Positions 18,529-25,650 of a stretch of DNA of 32,000 bases are shown here, piece after piece; positions within the stretch are counted from its first letter, which is position 1, and each line of letters opens with the position of its first letter. A model generated the notes under the pieces. It was not told where the DNA came from and did no database searches. It saw only the letters and a program-made list of their open reading frames with translations. Source of the DNA: Haloferax volcanii DS2 (lineage in GTDB: Archaea; Halobacteriota; Halobacteria; Halobacteriales; Haloferacaceae); NCBI RefSeq assembly GCF_000025685.1, contig NC_013966.1, positions 90,001 to 122,000 on the forward strand. The letters are read 5' to 3'. The translations under genes were made by a program, and so were the position numbers.

Positions 18529-18867
18529 CTACTGGTCGGTGTCCTCGCACTCGAGACTGTGAAGGTACTGTCGACACTCGCCGAACAGGCCGCTCGCAGT
18601 CGCCTCACCGGTCGTGAGGTGTCGAACCCACTCAATCGCCCAGCAGTACGCAGGATTGGACTCACCTGCCCCGTGGATGTACCACCAGCGAGCGGCTTTA
18701 AGCACGACGAGCGGATTCGTCGGCGGTTGTTCGCTCAGAAGAGACCACGTAATCGACTCGATTTCATCGGGAATATCGGCTCGGGTGAACTCCGAACGAT
18801 GCACGAGGTCGAGGTCGACTGGAATCTCGTCGATCGAGACGTCTGACTCTGTTTGTTGGTGACTCAT
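18529..18867 (-). CDS. hypothetical protein (112 aa)
   Basis: Acidic ORF, MSHQQTESDVSIDEIPVDLDLV...ARWWYIHGAGESNPAYCWAIEWV... The ATG at 18867 is preferred to the GTG at 18876. No recognisable domain. Confidence 0.6.
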   Translation of the reverse strand: MSHQQTESDVSIDEIPVDLDLVHRSEFTRADIPDEIESITWSLLSEQPPTNPLVVLKAARWWYIHGAGESNPAYCWAIEWVRHLTTGEATASGLFGECRQYLHSLECEDTDQ

Positions 18868-18900
18868 GGAGATCACGTCACACGGACTGTGTCTTCAGCC

Positions 18901-18924
18901 CGCACCCATCACGGGCGCAAAAAA
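18901..18924 (-). repeat. oligo-T + GC-hairpin motif, instance C
   Basis: Minus strand reads TTTTTT-GCGCCC-GTGAT-GGGTGCG. It lies between the stop at 18954 and the start at 18867. Confidence 0.7.
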
Positions 18925-18953
18925 TCTCGATGTCGCGCTAGTCCCGACCGACG

Positions 18954-19349
18954 CTATGCGAGGTGCGACACCTCCTCGGGTTCGGGTTCGTCAGCGAACT
19001 CGTTGCGCTTGACTGGCGTCCAGTCTTCAGTCGTGGTTGGTGCCCACCAATCGACGTGATAGTCACCGGGCGCACCGAGAATCTTAACGCGTGCTTCGTC
19101 GTCGGGAAGCGGCCGGCGAAGTTTCTCGTCGACGTGGAGATTCCACGTCGTCGTCGCGTCGAATGTGATGATGACCGCCTCATCGTACCCCCGCGACTCA
19201 GGTGACTCACGGCACGTCACGCTGGTATTGCACTCAGTGCAGAACACCCCCTCGAAGGGAATGTGCGTGAACGCTTCCGTGCCACACACCGGACACCACA
19301 GAAATTCGAACAGCGCCTCGTCGTGACGGAACACGCGCTCGAGACTCAT
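18954..19349 (-). CDS. zinc-ribbon protein of unknown function (131 aa)
   Basis: CPVCG...(13 residues)...CTEC zinc ribbon near the N-terminus, with an acidic C-terminal tail. Confidence 0.65.
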   Translation of the reverse strand: MSLERVFRHDEALFEFLWCPVCGTEAFTHIPFEGVFCTECNTSVTCRESPESRGYDEAVIITFDATTTWNLHVDEKLRRPLPDDEARVKILGAPGDYHVDWWAPTTTEDWTPVKRNEFADEPEPEEVSHLA

Positions 19350-19440
19350 CGATCATTCACCACCGTTGCAGGTGTCACGAGCGGGTGGTGTGGGAAGTGA
19401 GACAACTCGACTGCCAGCGTTGGAATTTGCATCTGTTACT

Positions 19441-19470
19441 GCGCCTCCGCCCCTTTGGGCGGCGCAAAAA
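19441..19470 (-). repeat. oligo-T + GC-hairpin motif, instance D
   Basis: Minus strand reads TTTTT-GCGCCGCCC-AAAG-GGGCGGAGGCGC. It lies between the stop at 19523 and the next starts (19432 micro-ORF, 19349). Confidence 0.65.
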
Positions 19471-19522
19471 CAACACCAAGCGCACCTCCTTCCTACTTGG
19501 TCGCTCCGTCTGTATCCACTGC

Positions 19523-19765
19523 TCACTCCGCGAGAATGTCGTCGTGTGAGGTCGTTCGAACGCGCTCGACAAACGCATGTGCAGCGGCGGCAGTCGAAAA
19601 CACCGACGCATCATAGCCAACAGAGCCACCGAACACAGTCCACTCGTCGGTCACCACACCACCGGACAGCGGCGTGTACTCGACACGATAGGTGTCAGCC
19701 ACGTCGTCGATGACGATTCGAACAGCAATACCACGATCAGGAAGTGTCTCTCTCAAGAATACCAT
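19523..19765 (-). CDS. hypothetical protein (80 aa)
   Basis: Acidic ORF starting 18 nt after the stop of the upstream gene. No recognisable domain. Confidence 0.55.
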   Translation of the reverse strand: MVFLRETLPDRGIAVRIVIDDVADTYRVEYTPLSGGVVTDEWTVFGGSVGYDASVFSTAAAAHAFVERVRTTSHDDILAE

Positions 19766-19783
19766 TGGCCACAGCCTCCAAAG

Positions 19784-20275
19784 TCAGTAATGGACATCAG
19801 CGGGAACGATCCACAGATGATCGTTCGACCCGACGAGCTGCTCAAGTCGCTCGCGATGCCGAACGCCGTCAGCGAACTCGTCGTAGAGGTACACCGCCGG
19901 CCCACGGTACGTCCCGAGATTGTGGCACGCATGCCTGACGAGGTCCTCATCGCGCATGATCGCCGCAGCGTCGAGGTCGTCAACGCCCTCTCGAACACGC
20001 TCGAGATTCCGCTCGAACTCGCGTGTCGTCGCCTGCCACCCGCTCTCGAGGAGTTCCTGGCCATCCTCCGAGCCAACGGGTGCTGCAACTGGGAGGTCAC
20101 CCCACCGGGCGCTGCCGGCGACCGTTGTTGAGTCGTCATCAAACGTCACATAGTAGTCGAACACCGCCTCGGCGTGCGGTGCAGCACCCACCAGTTGGTC
20201 GAATACGTCAGCGGCCCGCGAGAGGGCTTGGTCTGTTGTCGATGCAGTCACGAGTGCGTAGATTACTTGGTGCAT
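19784..20275 (-). CDS. hypothetical protein (163 aa), first gene of the cassette
   Basis: Frame verified codon by codon by hand from 19784 to 20275. MHQVIYALVTAST...FDYYVTFDDDSTTVAGSARWGDLP...LWIVPADVHY. I believe similar proteins occur widely as uncharacterised proteins, but I cannot name a family. Confidence 0.7.
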   Translation of the reverse strand: MHQVIYALVTASTTDQALSRAADVFDQLVGAAPHAEAVFDYYVTFDDDSTTVAGSARWGDLPVAAPVGSEDGQELLESGWQATTREFERNLERVREGVDDLDAAAIMRDEDLVRHACHNLGTYRGPAVYLYDEFADGVRHRERLEQLVGSNDHLWIVPADVHY

Positions 20276-20321
20276 TCGTCGTCACCTCGCCGACTCAGGA
20301 GTCGATGTCTGTCCGACCCCC

Positions 20322-20357
20322 TGCGCCGGCGCCCATCGCCGGCGCACACAAACACAA
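20322..20357 (-). repeat. GC-hairpin motif, instance E (perfect 10-bp stem, interrupted T-rich tract)
   Basis: Minus strand reads TTGTGTTTGTG-TGCGCCGGCG-ATGGG-CGCCGGCGCA. The stem end lies ~47 nt upstream of the ATG at 20275. Confidence 0.6.
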
Positions 20358-20548
20358 CCCATTACGATACACCAGTGTTCACGTGTACTGTTGCTCTGGA
20401 GGAGATGGTGGACTCGATCTGTTGAGCTAGCAGTCGTTGGAGCCATGCTGAACTTAGGGTTCAAGTCGGACCCTGGCATGATATCTCGCCTGAAAGAGTC
20501 GACCCGCTCAAAAATGATAACATACTTACTAATCTCGGATATAGTCGG

Positions 20549-20729
20549 ATGCGTGCACGCCGCAATGTCCTCCTCGGTGCGACCGCCACGTTGTTCGGGT
20601 TCTCCGGCTGTATCGCCCCGTTCACGTCCGACGGATCCCTTCAAGAGGTGAACGTCGAACTCCGGAATACGGATGACGGAGCGCAGACGTTCCACCTCGC
20701 GCTCGAAACCGAATCTGGCATGCTAGACT
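20549..20729 (+). pseudogene. Tat-signal lipoprotein gene, 5' part (interrupted by ISH3-family IS)
   Basis: MRARRNVLLGATATLFGFSGC carries a twin-arginine motif plus a lipobox Cys. The reading frame is cut at the IS boundary (20730). Confidence 0.75.
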
Positions 20730-22127
20730 CAGTACCTCACAAAGCATCCTCGCCTAGCTGTCTCTGAAGCCTGAATTCTGTGGCCGAGCGGTTGCATTGG
20801 CGGTCTCGACGACAGAATCATGGACGGATCGGCGGAGAGCCGTCGCTGTCGGCGGCGGCTGCCGCCGACGCGACAGCGTCGCCACTCCCACTGTTGGCTA
20901 GCCCGGTCGGGAGTTACCGGTGGAACCGGTCGTCTGGTGGTCGGTTCGCGGGGACGGCCCGACGCACCGCGAGGGCCGTCCACGCTGCTCGACGGACCAT
21001 ATTGATGAACTCCTTGAACGACCACTCCCAGAGGCGACGCCCCCCACGGCGGGGCGTCGCCACGTACTCCCAGTGCAAATACCGCCAGACGTTCTGTAAC
21101 AGCAGGCTCACCACGACGTACAACAGCCGTACGACCGGATTTTGTGTCGAGGTCGTCGCGATACTTTGCTCGGAGAGTCGATAGCTTGCCTCGATACCGA
21201 AGCGTTTCGCGTAGTGGTATCGAGCGTCCCGTGGTGAGTCGATGAACGGCGCGTCAGCGGCGTAGCCGTGACGCGCCACGCCATGTTCGTCGTACCGTCC
21301 GTTCTGGTAGGTACAGTCGATGTAGACGGGAAACTCGACGGTCCAGCTGTGACCGTCGAGTTTCGCTGTCAGACTGTGCTGAATCACGCGACTCCACCCT
21401 TCTGAGAGTTCTCGCTTGATCGTCCGTCCCCAGCGGACGATCGGCATGACGTAGGCGTGGTTGTGCGCCTGAAGCAGCGTCAAACACTTGCTGTCGTAGA
21501 ATTCGCGGTCAAGATAGACGGCCTTGACACCGAGGTCAAGGCCGTCGAGAATACCGAGGAACTCTGCGAGGACACTGCTGGCGGTGTCGCCGTCTTCGAG
21601 ACGGCGCACCGCCAGCGTGTAGCGTTTGTTCTTCACGCGTGCGTACAGTGTCGCGTACGCGTGAAACGCGGTGGTTCCACGCTTCGCTTGTGAGTGATAC
21701 AGGCCGTCTGTATCGTCTTCGTCGCCGTAGTAGGGCCGCAGGTGGAGGTCTGCGCAGACCTCCACCTGCTGGGGAAGGACGTCGAGAACGTCTTTCTGGA
21801 GGAGCGTGTTCCCGATTTGTTCGAGCGTCTCGAGGTCGAACTTGGTGCGGAGATGGTAGAGAACCGAGTTTTCGTGAGGTGCATCTTCGCTTCTCTTGCA
21901 GAGTGTAGAGACCGAGGTCCCGTCGGCGCAGGCGCCGACGAGGACCTCGTAGATGTCTTCAGCATCGAGTTCAGCGTTTTCAGCGAGTGAGAGAGCAACT
22001 TCCTCGTCAAGAGAGTTGACGAGGAAGTTAAGGAGCTGGTCCTCGTGGATTTCATCGTCTGTTTGCTGGTTGTTGGACACATCTTCAGCAAGCAGACCTT
22101 CTAACTAAACGGCTTTGTGAGGTACTG
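20730..22127 (-). mobile_element. ISH3-family insertion sequence (1398 bp) with 5-bp target duplication AGACT
   Basis: 16-bp perfect terminal inverted repeats: CAGTACCTCACAAAGC at 20730-20745 and its reverse complement at 22112-22127. AGACT is present at 20725-20729 and at 22128-22132. Removing the IS and one AGACT restores an intact 136-codon ORF. Confidence 0.9.
20914..22080 (-). CDS. ISH3-family transposase
   Basis: 388 aa with a GTG start, MSNNQQTDDEIHEDQLLNFLV...YLDREFYDS...FGIEASYRL. Typical haloarchaeal ISH3-group DDE transposase. Confidence 0.9.
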   Translation of the reverse strand: MSNNQQTDDEIHEDQLLNFLVNSLDEEVALSLAENAELDAEDIYEVLVGACADGTSVSTLCKRSEDAPHENSVLYHLRTKFDLETLEQIGNTLLQKDVLDVLPQQVEVCADLHLRPYYGDEDDTDGLYHSQAKRGTTAFHAYATLYARVKNKRYTLAVRRLEDGDTASSVLAEFLGILDGLDLGVKAVYLDREFYDSKCLTLLQAHNHAYVMPIVRWGRTIKRELSEGWSRVIQHSLTAKLDGHSWTVEFPVYIDCTYQNGRYDEHGVARHGYAADAPFIDSPRDARYHYAKRFGIEASYRLSEQSIATTSTQNPVVRLLYVVVSLLLQNVWRYLHWEYVATPRRGGRRLWEWSFKEFINMVRRAAWTALAVRRAVPANRPPDDRFHR

Positions 22128-22132
22128 AGACT

Positions 22133-22362
22133 GGAAATCGCATCGTGTCAACGCGGGCGCTGACGAGCCAGTAACGATAGCCCCAGACAAAGATGTAACC
22201 CCGGTCGCAGTACACGGAGTTGTCAGGGACTTCGCCGAGAGAGTCGACATCTTAGGTGTCGATAACCTTGATGAGAACTACTGTCTCCAATTCCATTTCT
22301 GGGACTCCCATCCAATCGATGAACGACCGCAGTTGGCGCAGGTCGCAGACATCGAATGCTAA
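22133..22362 (+). pseudogene. Tat-signal lipoprotein gene, 3' part
   Basis: It continues the frame of 20549-20729 exactly (181 + 230 nt = 137 codons): ...ESGMLD/WKSHRVNAGADEPVTIAPDKDVTPVAVHGVVRDFAERVDILGVDNLDENYCLQFHFWDSHPIDERPQLAQVADIEC*. Confidence 0.75.
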
Positions 22363-22411
22363 CTGTGGAGCTGTTCTGCCGATGAATTCAGAAGAATTAC
22401 TGCTCATTCAG

Positions 22412-22606
22412 TTAGTTGCCATGTCTGTCAGTCTGTCTATCTCTGATTAAATCAAAAATATACAAAATTGTAATGAATGCCCATCCGGCTGCGACGAGAG
22501 GAGAGCCCTTGTACGCCCAATAGACTGTGAAGAGCAAGGTACCAACAGTTAGTAGAAGATGAGTGTGTCGTCCTACATACATTTCGAATATAAATTTTTC
22601 GCACAT
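22412..22606 (-). CDS. possible small two-TM membrane protein
   Basis: 64-aa ORF in a markedly AT-rich patch, with two hydrophobic segments (LLLTVGTLLFTVYWAY, LVAAGWAFITILYIF). ORF-only evidence. Confidence 0.3.
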   Translation of the reverse strand: MCEKFIFEMYVGRHTHLLLTVGTLLFTVYWAYKGSPLVAAGWAFITILYIFDLIRDRQTDRHGN

Positions 22607-22700
22607 GTACTAAATAACTTTCTTGGTAGCTACACACACAGCGCGTCGTGCTGGCAGGTGTTTCCCGAATTACCACGCTGCGCGCGAGGTCTGAATCTAC

Positions 22701-23347
22701 TCAGTTTTTGAACAGTACGATGAAGACGACACCAACGATCATCAGTTCTAAGGCCATAGTGCCTGTGTCAGAACTGAGCGCGATGTCGCCAACGTGCGGT
22801 AAGTAGTCGAGCATTTTGATGAGTACCCCCTGGGATGGCCGTCGGCCGAAGTAGTGGTAATACTTCTGCTGAGTTGCTCAGTCGTTGTACAGCCATTGAT
22901 CAGACTGCCGCTTGTTTTGCATACGTGGGTCCCGCTGGTATCGCTCAATATTTCTCGCGATGACCACACGGTCGATGATATCAACGTCAAGCGTCTGGGC
23001 GAGGTCCGTACTGCGGTGTTCGACAGACGGAACACCGCCAGACAGGCTCACCAGCCCACGCTGCAGGCGGACTATCCTCGTGTGAGTCGAACCGATGCGG
23101 CGTCTGTTCACCACTCGACTGACAGCAGAGCAGTTGCCGTGTTGGTGAGGTAGATGTCGGCTGTGATGGCGAGGCGTCGACAGACGTTCGTCGAAGCGCA
23201 ATCGCCGGGACAACCCACGTCTTCGGGTCCGAGAGCAACTTCTCACGCCGGGAGTCCTCAGTAATCTGCGTCCCAGCAGCGTTGTACCACCGGGAGCACC
23301 AAGAAGGTTTCAACAGGTTCAAGAAAATCGTAACCGCGAATCTCCGG
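22701..23347 (-). pseudogene. probable decayed gene (in-frame TGA plus apparent frameshifts), product unknown, hydrophobic C-terminus
   Basis: The frame ending at 22701 reads ...DVDIIDRVVIARNIERYQRDPRMQNKRQSDQWLYND*ATQQKYYHYFGRRPSQGVLIKMLDYLPHVGDIALSSDTGTMALELMIVGVVFIVLFKN*, with the TGA at 22878-22880. Protein-like stretches upstream sit in the other two frames (…RRLAITADIYLTNTATALLSVEW*; …SWCSRWYNAAGTQITEDSRREKLLSDPKTWVVPAIA…). Confidence 0.3.
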
Positions 23348-23815
23348 CTACGCTGATGCGGGCGACGAAGACCCCTCATCACGCGGCAGACCGAACTCAA
23401 CCTCAATCCGGACCGTATCGTAGGGGACGTACGGCTTCTTTGCGCGACCATCCTTCTCGAAGTGGACGATATCGTACTCAGCTAGTAGGTGTAGATCGTC
23501 GTGCACATCGTGGACGTCGCGCTCCAAGCGACTAGCCAGTGCGCGGATACTCTCGGGCGGGCGTTCCATCACCTCTTCGAGGAGTTCCATCCGCCGGTCG
23601 GTTAGCAGTTGGCGGAGCCGCGTCCGATCCTCGAAGTTGACGACATGCGGTACCTCTTCACCCTGCTCCCACCGTTCGGCCCGCTCAAGAGCCGCCGCCT
23701 GCGCCTGTTCTGCTGGGAGCGACGTGATACGGAGAGTCGAAGGGTACTCGACCTCGTCCGGGTCGGGAGTGAATTCGTCGTGCGTCGGTTCAGTGTCAGT
23801 TGGTTCGTTGCTCAT
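23348..23815 (-). CDS. HTH DNA-binding protein (winged-helix; antitoxin-like partner)
   Basis: 155 aa: acidic N-terminus, then ...LRQLLTDRRMELLEEVMERPPESIRALASRLERDVHDVHDDLHLLAEYDIVHFEKDGRAKKP... (wHTH). It overlaps the upstream gene by 20 nt. Confidence 0.75.
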   Translation of the reverse strand: MSNEPTDTEPTHDEFTPDPDEVEYPSTLRITSLPAEQAQAAALERAERWEQGEEVPHVVNFEDRTRLRQLLTDRRMELLEEVMERPPESIRALASRLERDVHDVHDDLHLLAEYDIVHFEKDGRAKKPYVPYDTVRIEVEFGLPRDEGSSSPASA

Positions 23816-24104
23816 AGATCTCGTTCACCTCGGTTTGGAAATCGTTGACTAGGTCGGACAGCCCTGTGAACTCCAACTTCATGATGTCGCCCTCGGGTGT
23901 ATGTCGGTGGTGTCGACCAACATCCAAGTGGTACGGCGAGTTATCATACCGCAGGAGTGTGTCGCCGTCAGCGTCCATGTACTGAAAGCTGTATTTCAGT
24001 CCCTGCGGGAAGTCTTCGCTTGAGGGGACCTGCCACGCGACCATCTCATACCGACTTCCATCTGGCTTCTCGTTTTCGTCCCGGTACACAACCCTTGCAG
24101 GCAT
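23796..24104 (-). CDS. small protein of the DUF6516-like type (putative toxin partner of the HTH protein)
   Basis: 102 aa: ...YEMVAWQVPSSEDFPQGLKYSFQYMDADGDTLLRYDNSPYHLDVGRHHRHTPEG... Family name is recalled from memory for this small-protein-plus-HTH pair in haloarchaea and is unverified. Confidence 0.6.
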   Translation of the reverse strand: MPARVVYRDENEKPDGSRYEMVAWQVPSSEDFPQGLKYSFQYMDADGDTLLRYDNSPYHLDVGRHHRHTPEGDIMKLEFTGLSDLVNDFQTEVNEIYEQRTN

Positions 24105-24232
24105 CGTTTTCCTATGTTGTGTTACAACCCCAACAATGTTAAAGCTTAGCGTTTGGAACGTCCCCCAACAGACAGATTCCGTACACTCAGCACCGCTTTG
24201 AGCTTTTTTAGCGATAGGACTTCGTCCGTACC

Positions 24233-25627
24233 CATCTGTGTTCGGTTAAGCTCTAACCTCCGTTCTGAATGCTTCAGCTACTCGTTCGCTGAGTAAGAGG
24301 CGTGATTTCTCTGGTTGGCGTGCGTTGCAAAACATGAGCTCAGCCAAGTTCGGCGGTGGATGTCCGAACGACTGGGCTAGATCTTCGAGGATGAGCTGGG
24401 CGAAAGACCGGAAGGTCTTCGCCCAGCGTTCTCGTGGAAACATCGTTTCTGGGTGCATCCTCTGAAAGACGCCAAGCAAGGCTCTGCTGACCGTGAGCGT
24501 CAGCAGAGCCGCTACCACCAGCAACTCCACGATTGCTGGATTGCTTGTCTGGAACTTCTCCAGCCCGTACATCGATTTCAGCTCACGGAACAGCACTTCT
24601 ACTTCCCACCGTACACCGTACAACGCTGCGACTTGTTCCGGCGTGAACTCATCTGGGAGGTTCGTGATGTACAGGTGATAGTCGTCGGTGTCCTCGTTGC
24701 GGACACCGACGACGCGGAACTCTATCGTCGCACTCGAATGCTTCTCACCGTACGGACGCCGTTTGAAGCTCACCTCGGCGGTTACATCGATAATCTCGCG
24801 TGTAAGACCACCGAGAACATCCTGAAGACGACGGTCTGGTAAGGAAATGGCGCGCCCGCGCCATTTCCGACGTGCCTCTGTGATTCGTGGGTTTGCGTTC
24901 GTCTTCAGTCGACTCAAAAAGAAGCCGCCGTTCTCCTCGATGAGTGCGAACCGACGATAGCTGTAGAAGCCGAGATCGAACAGCAACAACCGCCCTCGCA
25001 GCCAGTTCCCCGTGCGGAACTGGCTGCTCTCGTGGCTTCGTTCGTCGGTGAGTTCGAACCGCTCGATCGTCTGTTTCGTGAGGTTGTGGACGAGATGAAG
25101 TTTCGCGCCTGACTGGTCAGGATGCGTCGCTGGAAACTCGCTCAGGAGCCGATGCAACCGGAAAACGGTTGCATCGGCAATCATCACATCGCGGAACTGC
25201 TGGAGCTGCGGGGCGAGTGTGTGTGGCACTGCGACCTCCTCAAGAGCATGTTCGAGGAGGTCGCTGAGTAACTGTCCGAGTGCGGGTGTGAACCGATCGT
25301 AGAAGCTGGAACGGGAGAGCGTCTGATTGGTCGCTGCGGCGTAGGCACGTTGAAACCCCGCGATCGTGCGAGATTCGCCGCCGACGGCGAATCCCAAGAT
25401 GAGCGTCCAAACGAGGGCAGTAACATCGATTCGACGGTGGCGTTGGACGACATCGCGCTCGCGCGCGATGTCTTCGATAAGCTCTCCTGGAAAGAGCGAA
25501 GTGAGCCGCCGTCGAATAAGGTCTGGGGAGAGTTCCTTCAGCACAACCTCTCCCCACGCGTTCTACACCGATAACTTCGTCAACAGAGCGCAGTCTCTCG
25601 ATTTTGCTTCTTAACCGAACACGGATG
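24233..25627 (-). mobile_element. IS4-family (ISH8-like) insertion sequence, 1395 bp, 9-bp target duplication GTCCGTACC
   Basis: 18-bp terminal inverted repeats: CATCTGTGTTCGGTTAAG (24233-24250) versus the reverse complement of 25610-25627 (CATCCGTGTTCGGTTAAG), one mismatch. GTCCGTACC is present at 24224-24232 and 25628-25636. Confidence 0.85.
24246..25544 (-). CDS. IS4-family transposase
   Basis: 432 aa, MLKELSPDLIRRRLTSLFPGELIEDIARERDVVQRHRRIDV...VMIADATVFRL...LLLFDLGFYSY...YGVRWEVEVLFRELKS (DDE with YREK-like motif). Confidence 0.9.
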   Translation of the reverse strand: MLKELSPDLIRRRLTSLFPGELIEDIARERDVVQRHRRIDVTALVWTLILGFAVGGESRTIAGFQRAYAAATNQTLSRSSFYDRFTPALGQLLSDLLEHALEEVAVPHTLAPQLQQFRDVMIADATVFRLHRLLSEFPATHPDQSGAKLHLVHNLTKQTIERFELTDERSHESSQFRTGNWLRGRLLLFDLGFYSYRRFALIEENGGFFLSRLKTNANPRITEARRKWRGRAISLPDRRLQDVLGGLTREIIDVTAEVSFKRRPYGEKHSSATIEFRVVGVRNEDTDDYHLYITNLPDEFTPEQVAALYGVRWEVEVLFRELKSMYGLEKFQTSNPAIVELLVVAALLTLTVSRALLGVFQRMHPETMFPRERWAKTFRSFAQLILEDLAQSFGHPPPNLAELMFCNARQPEKSRLLLSERVAEAFRTEVRA

Positions 25628-25650
25628 GTCCGTACCCTTTCTTTGAACGG

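Noticed and set aside
18456-18665. 5' extension of the ArdC-like ORF given by the track
   Set aside because: It overlaps the upstream gene by 137 nt, contains hairpin B, and translates to Ser/Arg/Cys-rich sequence. The ATG at 18455 is the plausible start.
20291-20304. Small palindrome CGACTCAGGAGTCG just upstream of the first cassette gene
   Set aside because: Only 6-bp arms and a single occurrence, which could easily be chance in GC-rich DNA. Not reported as a site.
15418-20357. Reading the hairpins as ordinary rho-independent-type terminators or as a CRISPR-like array
   Set aside because: The T-run precedes rather than follows the stem on the transcribed strand, and the plus strand has an A-run, so neither strand has the hairpin-then-U layout. 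Units are 0.4-1 kb apart and contain genes, and the repeats are only ~25 nt and degenerate, so this is not a CRISPR array.
20282-20695. 137-aa minus-strand ORF and the 20391-20651 + ORF
   Set aside because: Basic, Arg/Cys-rich translations. They span hairpin E and the lipoprotein promoter and 5' end, and show no domain features.
21254-22091. ORFs inside the ISH3 element other than the transposase (21254-21487, 21457-21693, 21633-22091, 21639-21908, 21694-21990), plus their counterparts in copy 2 (31499-31759, 31745-31951, 31775-31957)
   Set aside because: Alternative frames or antisense of the 388-aa transposase gene, with low-complexity translations.
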